NCBI RefSeq assembly: GCF_039654945.1
Contig: NW_027361700.1
Span: 24,924,001 to 24,988,000 of the forward strand
Reading direction: 5' to 3'
Source: Dendrobates tinctorius
Lineage: Eukaryota
DNA length: 64,000 bases
Shown: positions 49,501 through 61,667 of the stretch, piece after piece
Position numbering within the stretch: position 1 is the stretch's first letter
How the letters are laid out: each line of letters opens with the position of its first letter
The notes under the pieces: generated by a model
Databases searched by the model: none
Seen by the model: the letters and a program-made list of their open reading frames with translations, nothing else
What the model was told of the DNA's origin: nothing
Program-made: the position numbers and the translations under genes

Positions 49501-52252
49501 GAGCAGGGAATGAAAATTGTCAGAGACGTTTAGGGTTATTGGACAGTGAGGTGATGAGGGTATTGAAATAGGTTTGTTTGGAGAGGTGAAGGGCAGTGTA
49601 TGTTCGAAGCATAAACTTATAATGGATGAAATCTTCGTGTAGATTGGATTTTCTACACAGACGTTCGGCACACCTGTAGCACCGCTGCAGGAAACGTATT
49701 TGCAGCGTGTGCCAGGGTTGTCGCCGTCTGTGCCGAGTTGTTCTATGTATAGGAGGTGCAAATTCATCCAGGGCACGTTGAAGTGTATCATTGTAATGCT
49801 TCAGTGCAGAATCAGGACATGAGAGGGAGGAGATGGGGGCCAATGAAGACTGCATGTTCTTCATAAGTTTCTGGGTGTTAATGGCCTCTATGTTTCTTTA
49901 AGTATGGACAGTGGGGGTAACCTGAGCGGCCTGGCAGTTCCTGATAATGAATGAAAGAAGGTTGTGGTCAGAGATTGGGAGAGGGGAGTTTGCGAAATCA
50001 TCCACTGCACAAAGCCGGGAGAAGACCGCAAGTCGAGGGAGTTTCGGTCTTCATGCGTTGGAGAATTAGTAAGCTGCGAAAGGCCAAACGAGGAGGTTAG
50101 AGATAAAAGGTGGGTAGCAGATTGGGAGAAGGGAAGAGCAATGGGGATGTTAAAATCGCCCGTGATGAGGGTAGGGGTGTCACAGGAGAGAAAATGTTGA
50201 AGCCAAGAGGCAAAATGATTCAGAAAATGATGGGAGGGGCCGGGAGGACGATACACCACTGCCACTCGCATGGAGAAGGGGGTGTAGAGTCTGACAGCAT
50301 GGACCTCAAAAGAAGGGAAGACAAGTGAGGGTACTTGAGGGATAACCTGAAAGGTACATTTGAGTGATAGGAGCAGACCAACGCCTCAACCTGCTCTTTT
50401 GTCTGATCTTGGGGTATGAGAAAAGTGTAATCCCCCATATGAAAGAGCAGCAGCGGTAGGGTCTTGACTGCTGGATCCAGGTTTCAGAAAGAGCCAGGAG
50501 GTTAAGAGAATTTGAAAGGAAGAAGTCATGGATGAAGGAGAGTTTATTACACACTGAGCGAGAATTCCAAAGGGCACAATTAAGAGAGAAAGAAGGCATG
50601 CAGGGAATATTAATAGGATTAGAGGGGTTTCTGAGTGTAGCAGTTGGGGGTTTGACTTTCTATAACATGGGGGACCAGGGTTGGGAGCAATGTCTCCAGC
50701 GACTAGGAGAAGGATAGAAAGAGTGAGTAGATGGTTAAGTGATTTGTGGGAGCGTCTCTTATGTTGGATGGTGGGACTGAATGGATCTGTGCAATTTAAC
50801 AATGTGAAAAGAGCCTGAGTGCTATACATGGGAGAGGAAAGGAGTGAGCGGCCGATATGGATGGAGTGTAGAGAGTTAATGCCAGGGCGGTGGATGTGTG
50901 TGAATGCAGTGGCCAGGATATAAGTTGCACAAATGCATATGGTATAGATTTGTTGTAATCCAAATGTACAGTGAACAGATGTATATAAATGTATTACCTG
51001 TCTCCTGCCCTGTCTAACTGTCATGTTATAACTGCCTCATACTTTGCTCAAATGTACTTCGATTAAATTTACATAAATGCTCCCCCAAGCTAGGTCTGAA
51101 TATATAGCAGGCTAGTTCTCAGATCTTGGGTTTTTTTTTCTCTTCTCGTTACCAATCAATCAAACTAAAACTGAGACAGCAGGACCCAATAAATGTTGTG
51201 GTCAGATAAACAAATGTCCAGCACTACATGGATCATAAAGCACTTTGAAAAGTTACTTGACCTCACAACATAAAGGGACAAGCAGAGTAAGTTGAAATAA
51301 CTATATACCAGATATATACTTGCTAAGATGAAACGCATATGTAACATTCAGGATTAACTGCTTGCTGACATTGAATGGAGTGCAGACACACAGGAGTTGA
51401 TTCAGAGCAGAGATTGAAAAAGCTGGTTACCTGTATGAAGAGAATAGAGATGCGTGTCACTTTCATCCATGTTATAACTGTCTCATACTTTGATTAAAAG
51501 TACTTCGATGAAATGTACATAAATGCCACTATCATAAACTTTACATTTGGAGAGAGGTCAACAAGGCCTACTGTAAAGCACAGAGGTGGATCACTGATGT
51601 TTTGGAGATGTGTGAGCTACAAAGGCACAGGAAACTTGGTCAAAGTTGAAGGAAAGATGAATGCAGCAAGTCATCAGCAAAAACTGGAGTCAAATTGCAA
51701 TCATCAGCCTGGAAGCCTCGCAAGGGACATACTTGGACGTTCCAAAATGACAATGACCCAAAATAAAAGGCCAAGTCGACCTGCCATTGGCTACAGCAGA
51801 ACAAAGTGAAGGTACTGGAGTGGCCATCTCAGTCTCCTGACCTCAATATCACTGAGCCACTCTGGGGAGATCTCAAGTGCGCAGTTCATGCTAGACAACC
51901 CAGGAATTTACAGGAACTGGAGGATTTTTGTCAAGAAGAGTGGGCAGCTTTACCATCTGAGAAAATAAAAAACCTCATCCACAACTAGCACAAAGACTTC
52001 AAGCTGTCATTGGTGTTAGAGGGGGCAATACATAGTATTAAGAAATGGGGTATGTGAACTTTTGATCAGGGTCATTTGGATGATGTGGGTTGTCATTATG
52101 ATTTAAAAAGTGAAAACACAGTAGTTTGACAATAAATGGCTTCACCCAACCACTAACCATGAGTGTATAAAAGGTTTTGGTGTTATCATTCATATACTCT
52201 GGCCAAGAAAGCAAAAATTCTGCCTGAGTATGTAAACTTTTGAGCACAGCTG
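46550..52252 (+). mobile_element. Sleeping Beauty-like IR/DR Tc1 element split by an L2 insertion
   Basis: TA TSD; ~210-bp TIRs CAGTTGTGCTCAAAAGTTTACATAC; MGKAKELSMDLREKVV, WSDETKIELFGH (to ~47436) resuming at ~51525, WPSQSPDLN. Confidence 0.92.
47437..51524 (-). mobile_element. Near full-length degenerate L2 LINE (second family)
   Basis: Fragmented APE (WNSRS, SETW, YRPP, GDFN) and RT (YADD) ORFs; 3' tail at ~47437-47490; imperfect flanking duplication GCCACAAT/GCCACTAT. Confidence 0.92.
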
Positions 52253-53055
52253 TACCTAGAAGAATTGATGCTGTTTTGCAGGTAAAGGGGCGGTCACACC
52301 AAATATTGATGAGATTTAGCTTTCTCTTTTGTACATTCACTTTAGTTTATTCTCCCCAATTAAAAAAAAATGCAATTAACATTTCTATCTGGACAGCATT
52401 TTTACTCTGCAGCATTTTTGCATATCAGCCTAAATCTTTTGCACTCTGCTGATTATTAGACGTATTCAGACCAGTTCAGTTTGTTTTAGGAAATCTTTAC
52501 ATTCCCCTTAAAACTCTGAAGCGTCTTTGTTTTAGAACTTTTTTTGTGCCGCTCCTCTGACTCCTCCTGAAAATGTGTGAATAAATACACATGAGTGTTA
52601 TTGTTCCAATCTGACATATGCTGACCTTGTCATCATTGATTGGGCTATGTGTAGAGTAGCATTAATAACAAAGATAATATCAATATACTCATAAATTTTC
52701 AGTAACATTAACAGACCCGACAGCACAACAGGGAGACTTTTTTTGTTTGAGTCATAGGGAATACAGGCATGTCAGAAGAGCTGACGGATCTTTTATAATA
52801 CCATTGTAGGTAATGTGTTTTACAGTACATCAGGATCCATAGTGTTGTTCCAGAGTTGACCACTTATTTCATGGGAAACCATTTACAATACACACTGATA
52901 TCAGCAAGAGTTGTGCCAAACACACAATCGCTGTTCTGCTACACCTGTATATGCACTTTGGTTATTTGTCTTGGGTTTTGACCCTCACGTGTACCTGCAC
53001 TTATTTATGATCTTAGGAGGCAATAGGGGAAATAAGGAATTGTCATAGGTGAGAA

Positions 53056-53810
53056 CGGTGTTGGTCTGAGGAGCCAAAGGCCTACCGGTAACCAACTCCA
53101 GGGCTCCTCTTTTCAAATGTGACATAATCCTCAATAACAAATTTCTATAACAATAAGCTCGGTAGATTGTTACATGAATGAGATGCGGCCTTTGTCTGTA
53201 CATAGTGATTCATGTATATAGTGCCAAGTACTCATATAAGGCTGATTTCACATTTGCGTCTGTGTGCGCAGCGTTTGATCCGCATGTGTCATGCGTACAT
53301 ATATTTAACATGTTGTACGCAGGGACATGCGTTTGCATACTTTTGCGTACGCATGCATTTCGCGGTGCACAGCAAACGAAACATGTTGCATTTTTGAGGC
53401 GTCAAAAATCTGTCAAATATGCGCAGGCACGTGCATGCGCATGTGGTTGAGTGCATCAAAAAATGCATCACTGTCTATGGGAACACATGCGTACGCAAGG
53501 ACATGCGTACGCATGCGTTATTCAAAATACAAATAGAAATCCCATGAGACACGCCCATTTTTGTCTAGTGTCATATCGAGCGCATGCGCATAAACAGCAC
53601 AAATGCATGCACACGCAGCGGTTTTTCCATCATGGGTAAGATGAAGCGCATAAAAAAAGCGGTGTTTTGCATGCGTTTTTGCATGCGTTTGCGCATGCAG
53701 ATGATACGCTGCAGACTCAAACGCTAATGAGAACCTAGCCTAAGAGGATGGTGGTCCACTCCTGTACAGAGGCCCACCGGAGAATTCTCCTGTGGGCCAG
53801 TCCGAGCCTG
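53056..53810. mobile_element. hAT-like element with nested Harbinger-type MITE (53240-53740)
   Basis: Perfect 8-bp TSD GGTGAGAA at 53048-53055 and 53811-53818; inner MITE TAA|GGCTGATTTCACAT ... ATGAGAACCTAGCC|TAA. Confidence 0.85.
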
Positions 53811-53934
53811 GGTGAGAATGTAACCTTTGTAACCAGACTAAAGAACTCTGAATCGACCCTGATCGTTGCATGGTATTACTACTAATATAATTTCTGTGAT
53901 ATCAATAGATAATAACATGTAGATGATAATGTAA

Positions 53935-54192
<258 letters not shown>

Positions 54193-55800
54193 TGACAAGA
54201 TCGTTTTCCACCTGAAAATTGATTCACCCGTTGTATTCTGTTGCTGGACAAATTGGCGGATTTATACGGACACTGTATATCCTCATTCTATTTGCCAGAA
54301 TACAAGGTTGGTTTAAATGCAGTGAATTTAAGACTGTGGGAAAAATGGAGACTTTAGTTCAAAGCCTTGGCCCTACCTGCCCAAACTGACCTGCCTATAG
54401 TCAAGCACGGCATAGGTAGACTGGTCAGTAGCGGTGACCATAGTGGGAATGACCACTACCCGTACTGGCTTCATGTTTGCAGCAAAGTTGTCTCTTGTCT
54501 GGTCAGGGCGTCAGCTTTTATGGAAGACCTGGTTATGCTGCTATAAATGCCACCCCATCAGAACCTGTAGTTTGAGATGATCCATTTAGGGCTTTGTATG
54601 ACTTTGATGTAAGTTATATACTATATGAAGTGTATATATATGTGTACTATATACAATCTGTGTGCGTGGAAAGACTACAAAGATTAAGAGCTTAACCCAT
54701 GTTCTCTTAGACCCATCAGGACAAATTTATGTTTAGCTGCATGAGATAAGGATGCTAATCTGTAGCGTGACTTGCTGCAATAAACTCTACTCCATCTGTA
54801 ATCTACAGCAAAAGTCCTGACATGGGAAAACGTGGTGGGTTCACTAGTACCGAGGGCTCGTTCTTTGTCACATGGTACTTGGAGCCCAGATCGCAGCTTG
54901 CAGCAGATAACAAGGAGCGATCCGGGTCCTGTTATCTCCATCATGTCAGTTATATCACCATTGCTATATGTATTTTACTCTCCTACCACCATAGATATCA
55001 GCCGCTTCACATCCGAAACGTATGAGTCACTGCATTGTGCTTGATCATGTAATTAGATACGATAGTGTGTGCGATGAACAGGACAGGCGTCACATTGTGT
55101 TTTTGGTCTCCATGTAACATGTGCTCTCGACATATGAATTAAGTACTGTGACGCCTAACAGTGGCATCCATCACCCATAGACTTACTGTTGATTATTGTT
55201 CTTTTTTACTGGCACATTTTTGACCTCTTTGGGCTAGTGTAACTCCATAGACACATTAAGGGCTCATGCACCAACAGTTTAAATCGGATGAGTGCTATCC
55301 GTGGTTTTTCTCTCCACCTTCTTAAAAAATGGATACCACTCTGATCAGAGTCTCCTCAGCATAATTGGACCGTATGAAGAGAAAACGGTGGTCTTACCCT
55401 AGCCTGAGCGTGTATACCAGGAGGACAAAAATGTGGTATTATAATAACTCGCAGGTACAATGCTTTAATTTCTAACATGAGAAGCTTATAAAGCGGTGCA
55501 GATACTTGTCATATGTATGGCAATATTTCTGGAGGTTCTCAGAACTAGGACATGACGGTGAACTCCCAGCTTGGCATCGAGGCTTGCAAGGAACAATAGA
55601 TTGCTCAGTGATTGGGTTTAGTGTCATTTTAATGGAGTTGCCTCATGAAGAATAGTTTATTTTGCTGAGCAGTTGCAGAGGGCTCCATGTGTCCTATGAA
55701 GTGTTCCCGTTTTATATTATGACCAAGAAGGAAGGTTGCTGTCCACCAGAATGACCACTACTCTTAGTGGGTTTCCGACTGTGTTCATTAAAGGGGTCTC

Positions 55801-56035
55801 TTATTTATTTCACTTTTATAGTGTCATCATATTCCTCAGTGCTTTACAGACATTATCATTACTGTCCCCATTGGGGCTCACTATCTGTCGTCCATGTCAG
55901 TATGTTTTTGGAGTGTTGGAGGAAACCGGAGAACCCGGAGGGAACCTACAAATTCCTTGCAGATGTTGTCCTTGGTGGGATTTGAACCCAGGACTCCAGC
56001 GCTGCAAGGCTGCAGTGCTAATCACTGAGCCTCAA
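55801..56035 (-). mobile_element. tRNA-derived SINE
   Basis: Minus-strand head GGCTCAGTGATTAGC (A box) ... GGTTCAAATCC (B box); L2-like tail. Confidence 0.8.
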
Positions 56036-56971
56036 TGCTACCTCTTATGTTATACATTTCTTATTAGGGAAGCCCCTCTATTTATAGGGAACTTGACTGT
56101 TGATACAGGCATAATATTAATCAGATTTTTCAAATGCACCTGCCAATGACATCTTGACATAACAAAATGGGTTAAAGGGAACCTGACAGCTGGTATATGC
56201 TGCCCGATGCATGGGCAGCATGTATCAAGCCTTGGCTGTATGATTTCAGCCATGTATGCTTGACTCTAAAATACTACGGCGTGTCAGAGAAAAACATACT
56301 TTAAAAGCCGTCGGCGACTAGTCGGACAGGCGGGCCCCCAGCGGCTTCTTCCTGCCCGATCTCGGACCCCCAGTGGCTTATCTCTGCCCGATCTCCTTAA
56401 GTGACAGAATTCTCCCTGCATGTATGTATAGGGAAAGACCTGTCACTCTAGGGCAGCGGGTGGGGAGAAGGTCACTAAGTGCTTTTAAAGTTGTCATTCG
56501 CAAGTGTGTGTGTTTTTTTTTTTTTTAATATCTAATTAACATTTTACAGCAATCACTCAAAATGGTTGCAGGGATGCACTCGTTAATAGCTAGATCTTCT
56601 TTATGGGACTATCGGGCATCACATCGCTAGCATCCAGTCTGTCTCTAATTAGTCAGTGACTGACAGTTTCACCAATCATCGTATTGTCACATACAATGAA
56701 TGTAAGGTAATTATCACATTAAGTAAATGTATATTAACTGTGGAAAAGCTGATTACGTATCAGTATACATTTCCTATATGAACTGTATAACAACTTAGTT
56801 TGCGCTTTATCTAACAAGCTCGGACTATTTATATCGGTTAAGTCCTAGATCTTATTTTCCCATCCTGTAATCCTGTATTGAGAGGGAGAGCAGATGACAT
56901 TTAATGCATCCACATGTCACTATTTCAGGTCTGTGATCTCTAACCATTGCTCCTCCGTCTCTTCCTTGCAG

Positions 56972-57132
56972 CTGTACGCAACGACCGCAACAAAAAAAAG
57001 AAGGAACCCCCAAAGCCCGAAGTAACAGAGAGCTACGTGCTGAGCCCAGAGACTGAAAACCTGATTGAGAAAGTTAGGAAAGCTCACCAGGAAACCTTCC
57101 CTTCACTGTGCCAGTTGGGCAAATACACTACA
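56972..57132 (+). CDS. rara: rara exon: hinge (D region) and LBD helix 1
   Basis: [21 protein letters not shown]...[21 protein letters not shown]; ttgcag| and |GTGAGT; 161 bp. Confidence 0.98.
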
Positions 57133-58046
57133 GTGAGTGGCACACTACATCTTCATGATCTATGCCCAGCCAGGAGCCCTATGATCAGGGGTGTAACTTA
57201 CAGTTCCTGAACACCAGTGCACTTCCTATACTTGCATCCATGATTATGGGGATCTCCCATTATCACTGCAGTGAAAAAGAGCACTTACAGCAGGCTCATA
57301 CTATATTTTTCCATATGACTAATTTCTTAATTGGAGTGGAAAACCAGACGTTTTAGTCATATGAAGTGTGCAACAGAGTTAGCAATCTGTGAGACACGGT
57401 TGACTCCGTGTGCTCATCCGTATTGTGGCTGAATGCATGATTTGCCTTCTATTGCTTACACTATTCTCGTCTGTTACATGAGCCAGCCTAGTGCAAGCTG
57501 CATTTTTTTTTCCATGCAAACAATTGGTCTGTGTAGAAAATATTGCTCTTGTCAACTAGAAAATTGACTACAATTGGTCTGTGTGTGATCCATAATGCAC
57601 CATGAATAAAAACAAGCTTGTCTGAGCGTTACTTGTGAGGGCGACAGGATCTCTGCTTTTCTTGCATGTTGGGTATTTGTCTTGCAACATACACTGACAG
57701 TGCGCTCTCTTTGCAGCTCACTACTTCTGATCAGAGACGGCGAGTGAGTGCACTGACACTGTGCATATTGCATAGTGACAAGATTCTGCTGAGCATACAT
57801 CAGAATTGACAACCTACGCATGCTCAGTAAAGCAGAGACCAGCCCCTGAAATTGACGTCACTGACGCTTCATTTCTGGGAGGGTGCAGACTTTGGCATTA
57901 TCACAGCAAGCACTGGAATTCTCAAATGAAGCATCATCATTGGAAGTAGTAAAAATATAAATATAGCAGTCAAATAGTTTAGTGAGGGAACAATGGGAAC
58001 TTTTTAATTAAATTATATTAGGAAAGAGGTTAGATTATGACATTAA

Positions 58047-58652
58047 AGGGAATCTGTCACCTTTTTTTGGCCTATTAGCTGCCCGCACTGACATCAGGGG
58101 CTTATCTACAGCATTCTGTAATGCTGTAGATAAGCCCCGATGTAACCTGAAATATAAGAAAAACAAGTTAGATTATACTCACTGGAGGGGGCGGTCCAGT
58201 CCGGTGGGTGTTGCGGTCCGGTCCGACGCCCCCCATCTTCATACGATGCCGTCCTCTTCTTCCCTTCCTGTAGTTCCTCTGACGCAGGCAATCTGCTCTG
58301 CCCTGTTGAGGGCAGAGCAGAGTCCTGCAGTGCGCAGGCGGCGGGAGAGGTCTGGCACCTGTGCACTGCAGGACTCTGATCTGCCCTCAACAGGACAGAG
58401 CAGTGCGCCTGCGCCGGAGCCACTACAGGAAGGGAAGAAGAGGACGGCATCGTATGAAGATGGGGGGGTGTCGGACCGGACCGCAACACCCACCGGACTG
58501 GATCGCCCCCTCCGGTGAGTATAATCTAACTTGTTTTTCTTATATTTCAGGTTACATCGGGGCTTATCTACAGCATTACAGAATGCTGTAGATAAGCCCC
58601 CTGATGTCAATGCCAGCAGCTGATAGTCCAAAAAAAGGGTGACAGATTCCCT
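58047..58652. mobile_element. TTAA-targeting (T2/Kolobok-type) MITE, near-complete palindrome
   Basis: TTAA|AGGGAATCTGTCACC ... GGTGACAGATTCCCT|TTAA; the two halves are near reverse complements. Confidence 0.9.
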
Positions 58653-58803
58653 TTAAATATACATTTAATATTAAAATACATTTTATTTTCAGACCACTTC
58701 TTTAAAGCATGTGGGAGGCACTGTAAAGGGGATTCCTTTACCTAAATTACACATTCCATTCACTTACTATCGATGAATTTATTCTTTTCCGTCTGTTTTT
58801 CAG

Positions 58804-58980
58804 AGTTTCAGCTCGGAAGAGCGAGTCTCCCTGGACATCGATCTATGGGATAAATTCAGTGAGCTGTCCACCAAATGCATAATCAAGACGGTGGAATTTG
58901 CCAAACAGTTACCGGGATTTACCACTCTCACCATAGCCGATCAGATTACGCTCCTTAAAGCCGCCTGCCTGGACATCCTG
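58804..58980 (+). CDS. rara: rara exon: LBD helices 3-5
   Basis: [59 protein letters not shown]; Ser in ELSTKC is the alpha-specific pocket residue (human S232; Ala in beta and gamma); 177 bp, AG/GT ends. Confidence 0.97.
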
Positions 58981-59033
58981 GTAAGTTTTATGCAGTGTTA
59001 GGGTACAGCCATGCTGGGCCTCCATATTCATAA

Positions 59034-59707
59034 GGCCTGTTTCACACATCCGTTTTCCTGTTCAGTCTAAATCCGCCAAAATAGCGGAAAACGGATCCGC
59101 AGGCGGACTGACGGGAACGGGTGTCACCGGATCGACGGATGTACGGATCTGCCGATGGTTTAAATTTAAAGGAACCCGCGCCGAGATATAGCAGAGTACC
59201 TGCATGATTGAGCGGGGGTCCATCGTCGCGATCTGAAGGCATAGTGTGAGAGGGCGATGTCTCGGGAGTGCTTCTCCATGTTGTAATGTCCGGGAGTCCC
59301 TCGATGAGAGATCGCGCGATGGGAGAAATCGTCGCGCGATAATCGGCCATGTTAGGGAGTCCCACGATAAGAGATCGCGCGATGGGAGAATGTCGGGAGT
59401 CCCGCGACGAGAGAGAGAGAGATCCAGCAGCCAGACAGAATTGGGGGTTAAATATGTTTCCAAACACTGAATGGTGGATCCGGACAGCGAAAAAACTTTG
59501 CAGGGTCCGTCCGGACATGTCAGCGTATGCCAAAATCTTGGCGGATCCGCTGACATGCGGATGCAACGGATCACCATCAGTCAAAATCCGCCGATAATGC
59601 AAGTCAATGGGCAAAAAAACGGATCCGCCAAGAAAAATGGCGGATCCGTTTTTTTGCAAAACGGCGGATTTTGACTGATGGTGACAAACGGACGTGTGAA
59701 ACAGGCC
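59034..59707. mobile_element. Harbinger-type MITE
   Basis: GGCCTGTTTCACAC ... GTGTGAAACAGGCC with TAA/TTA flanks. Confidence 0.85.
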
Positions 59708-59710
59708 TTA

Positions 59711-60351
59711 GGCTGGAGTCACACTAACCTGCGCAAAATACGGTCAGTATTTTACATGCGTAATACGGATGAATGGCCCCTAAACAGTGCTCCGTATGTC
59801 ATCCGTAATCAAGGTGTGGTCGCGTATTTTGCGCATGTCAGCATCCGTATGTAATCCGTATGGCATCCGTATGGTGAGATTTAATCGCAGGCTTGCAAAA
59901 TGGACATATAATGGAGCCCTATGACAGTTTTAATAAAGAAATGAAAGAATAGATATAGACACATAGAATGCATATATATATATATATATATGTATTCTAT
60001 GTGTCTATATCTATTCTTTCATTTCTTTATTAAAACTGTCAGTGTGAGTTTACTGTATCGTGCACTGAATTGCCGGCTTTGCTAAAAGACACCGGGTGCG
60101 TATTTCTCGCAGGTCACATGTGTGCTCCGTGTGTAATCCGTATTTTTTGCGCACCCATAGACTTGCATTGGCGTATTACGGGCGTAGTACGCTGACAATC
60201 GCAGCATGCTGCGAGTGGCACGGAGCGTAGGATACTGAGGAGAAATATACGCCTGGTGCGAGTGACCCCATAGAGCATCATTGGTCCGTGTCTAATGCGT
60301 GCTTTTTGCGCCTCTCACGCACCCGTATTCCTCGCCAGTGTGACTCCGGCC
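59711..60351. mobile_element. Harbinger-type MITE with central AT-rich hairpin
   Basis: TTA|GGCTGGAGTCACACT ... AGTGTGACTCCGGCC|TTA; internal inverted repeat 59922-60041 around (AT)n. Confidence 0.87.
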
Positions 60352-61081
60352 TTAGACAAATGTCATCTGCATCCGTAGATTGGCTGACAGTCTAATGGGT
60401 CTCCTGAATTTCCCAAAAAAGATGTCAGGGAAGAGATCGGCCCACTGGGTTTCCAGCAGAGGAGTCATAGAGGACATCCGAGCTCTTGACCTAGCTGAGC
60501 TCTCCAATATATGTGGGAGTGGGGAGAGGGAGCTGTCGGCCAAACAATCGTTTGGACAGTGATTCAATGTGAGTCACTCCCTGCGCTCTTATATTGCGCA
60601 GACCAGTAGAGAGAGCCACTACCCGTGGAGGCAGCTTCGCACACATGTAATACACATAATGGATTTATGTCTGCGTCCAACACAGGATTGTGAAATAAGA
60701 CCACTATGAGGTCAGTTCTTGCTTACGAAATCCAGCACATCCCGTGCGTACCACACTGTCATCCTTAGTAACCATCTTCATGAAGCTTTTAGTCTAGTCA
60801 GGCGAAACAAATGTAAATGAATGAGCCGTTTCCTGCGAGCTCCAGCGTGTATTCTGCTGGCACTGTCTTATTTCGCAAGTCCTATTGTTTCTTGTGGCTC
60901 AGGTCTATTATCGGATACATGGAGGAATACACTAATATAAACTATTTACAGGATCCGGCACAAGGGTTTCCTTCTTCAGTATCACTAATTTGTGAACACC
61001 CTCTCTTTTGCATCTCTTCATTTACTCTCTTTTAATTGTTGTTCTCTAACTCTCTCACATTTCTTTCTTGGTTTGTCACAG

Positions 61082-61286
61082 ATCCTACGAATTTGTATAC
61101 GCTACACACCCGACCAGGACACCATGACCTTCTCAGATGGACTGACTCTAAACCGGACGCAGATGCACAATGCAGGCTTTGGACCTCTCACAGATCTAGT
61201 TTTTGCCTTCGCCAATCAGCTGCTACCGCTAGAAATGGACGATGCAGAGACTGGTCTCCTGAGCGCCATTTGTCTCATTTCTGGAG
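61082..61286 (+). CDS. rara: rara exon: LBD helix 5 to helix 8
   Basis: [68 protein letters not shown]; cacag| and |GTAAGG; 205 bp. Confidence 0.98.
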
Positions 61287-61667
61287 GTAAGGGATGTTTA
61301 AAGCAGGGTTTTCCGTATCATTAAAAGTTATAACCCATTGAAAGGATAGTTGAGAATTTGTTGATCGGAGGGGAACTCTGGCAACTCTATAGAGAATCAA
61401 TGGAGCTGTGGCCACCTTTCCTTTCAGACAGGGCATTTCAGTCCCCTAATCTGGGGATTGGTGGGTGTCCCAGCCAGGAATTAAATGTACTGCCAGCTGC
61501 ACCCCCAACCCAGGCTGTCATGACATTGATGGACAGGCTGATTTCTAAGGATACTCTAACTGCTCCATTTAATGAATTCAACCAATGTGATAGAGGCAGT
61601 GCAGTAAGATATGTGACACTCACAAAGCCCTGGGTAACTGATACGTGGCAGAGCAGATGGTAACATA

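Larger units (their letters stand above)
43965..52450 (+). mobile_element. Old rearranged Tc1-like element hosting younger insertions (pieces 43965-44040, 45604-46549, 52253-52450)
   Basis: Degenerate transposase traces (VKHGG, EKYRQIL, PRRIDAV); pieces join across the younger inserts; outer limits approximate. Confidence 0.6.

Noticed and set aside
55970-56035. tRNA-like sequence
   Set aside because: SINE head continuous with a SINE body and tail; no intact acceptor stem seen
58106-58631. Mirror-image ORFs of 76-130 aa
   Set aside because: Palindromic MITE
59042-59659. 205-aa and 171-aa ORFs
   Set aside because: Within a CpG-rich MITE; no transposase or other motifs
58804-61286. Assignment to rarb or rarg
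   Set aside because: ELSTKC (Ser), LDILILRI (Ile) and the MYENVDV A-region all indicate RARalpha
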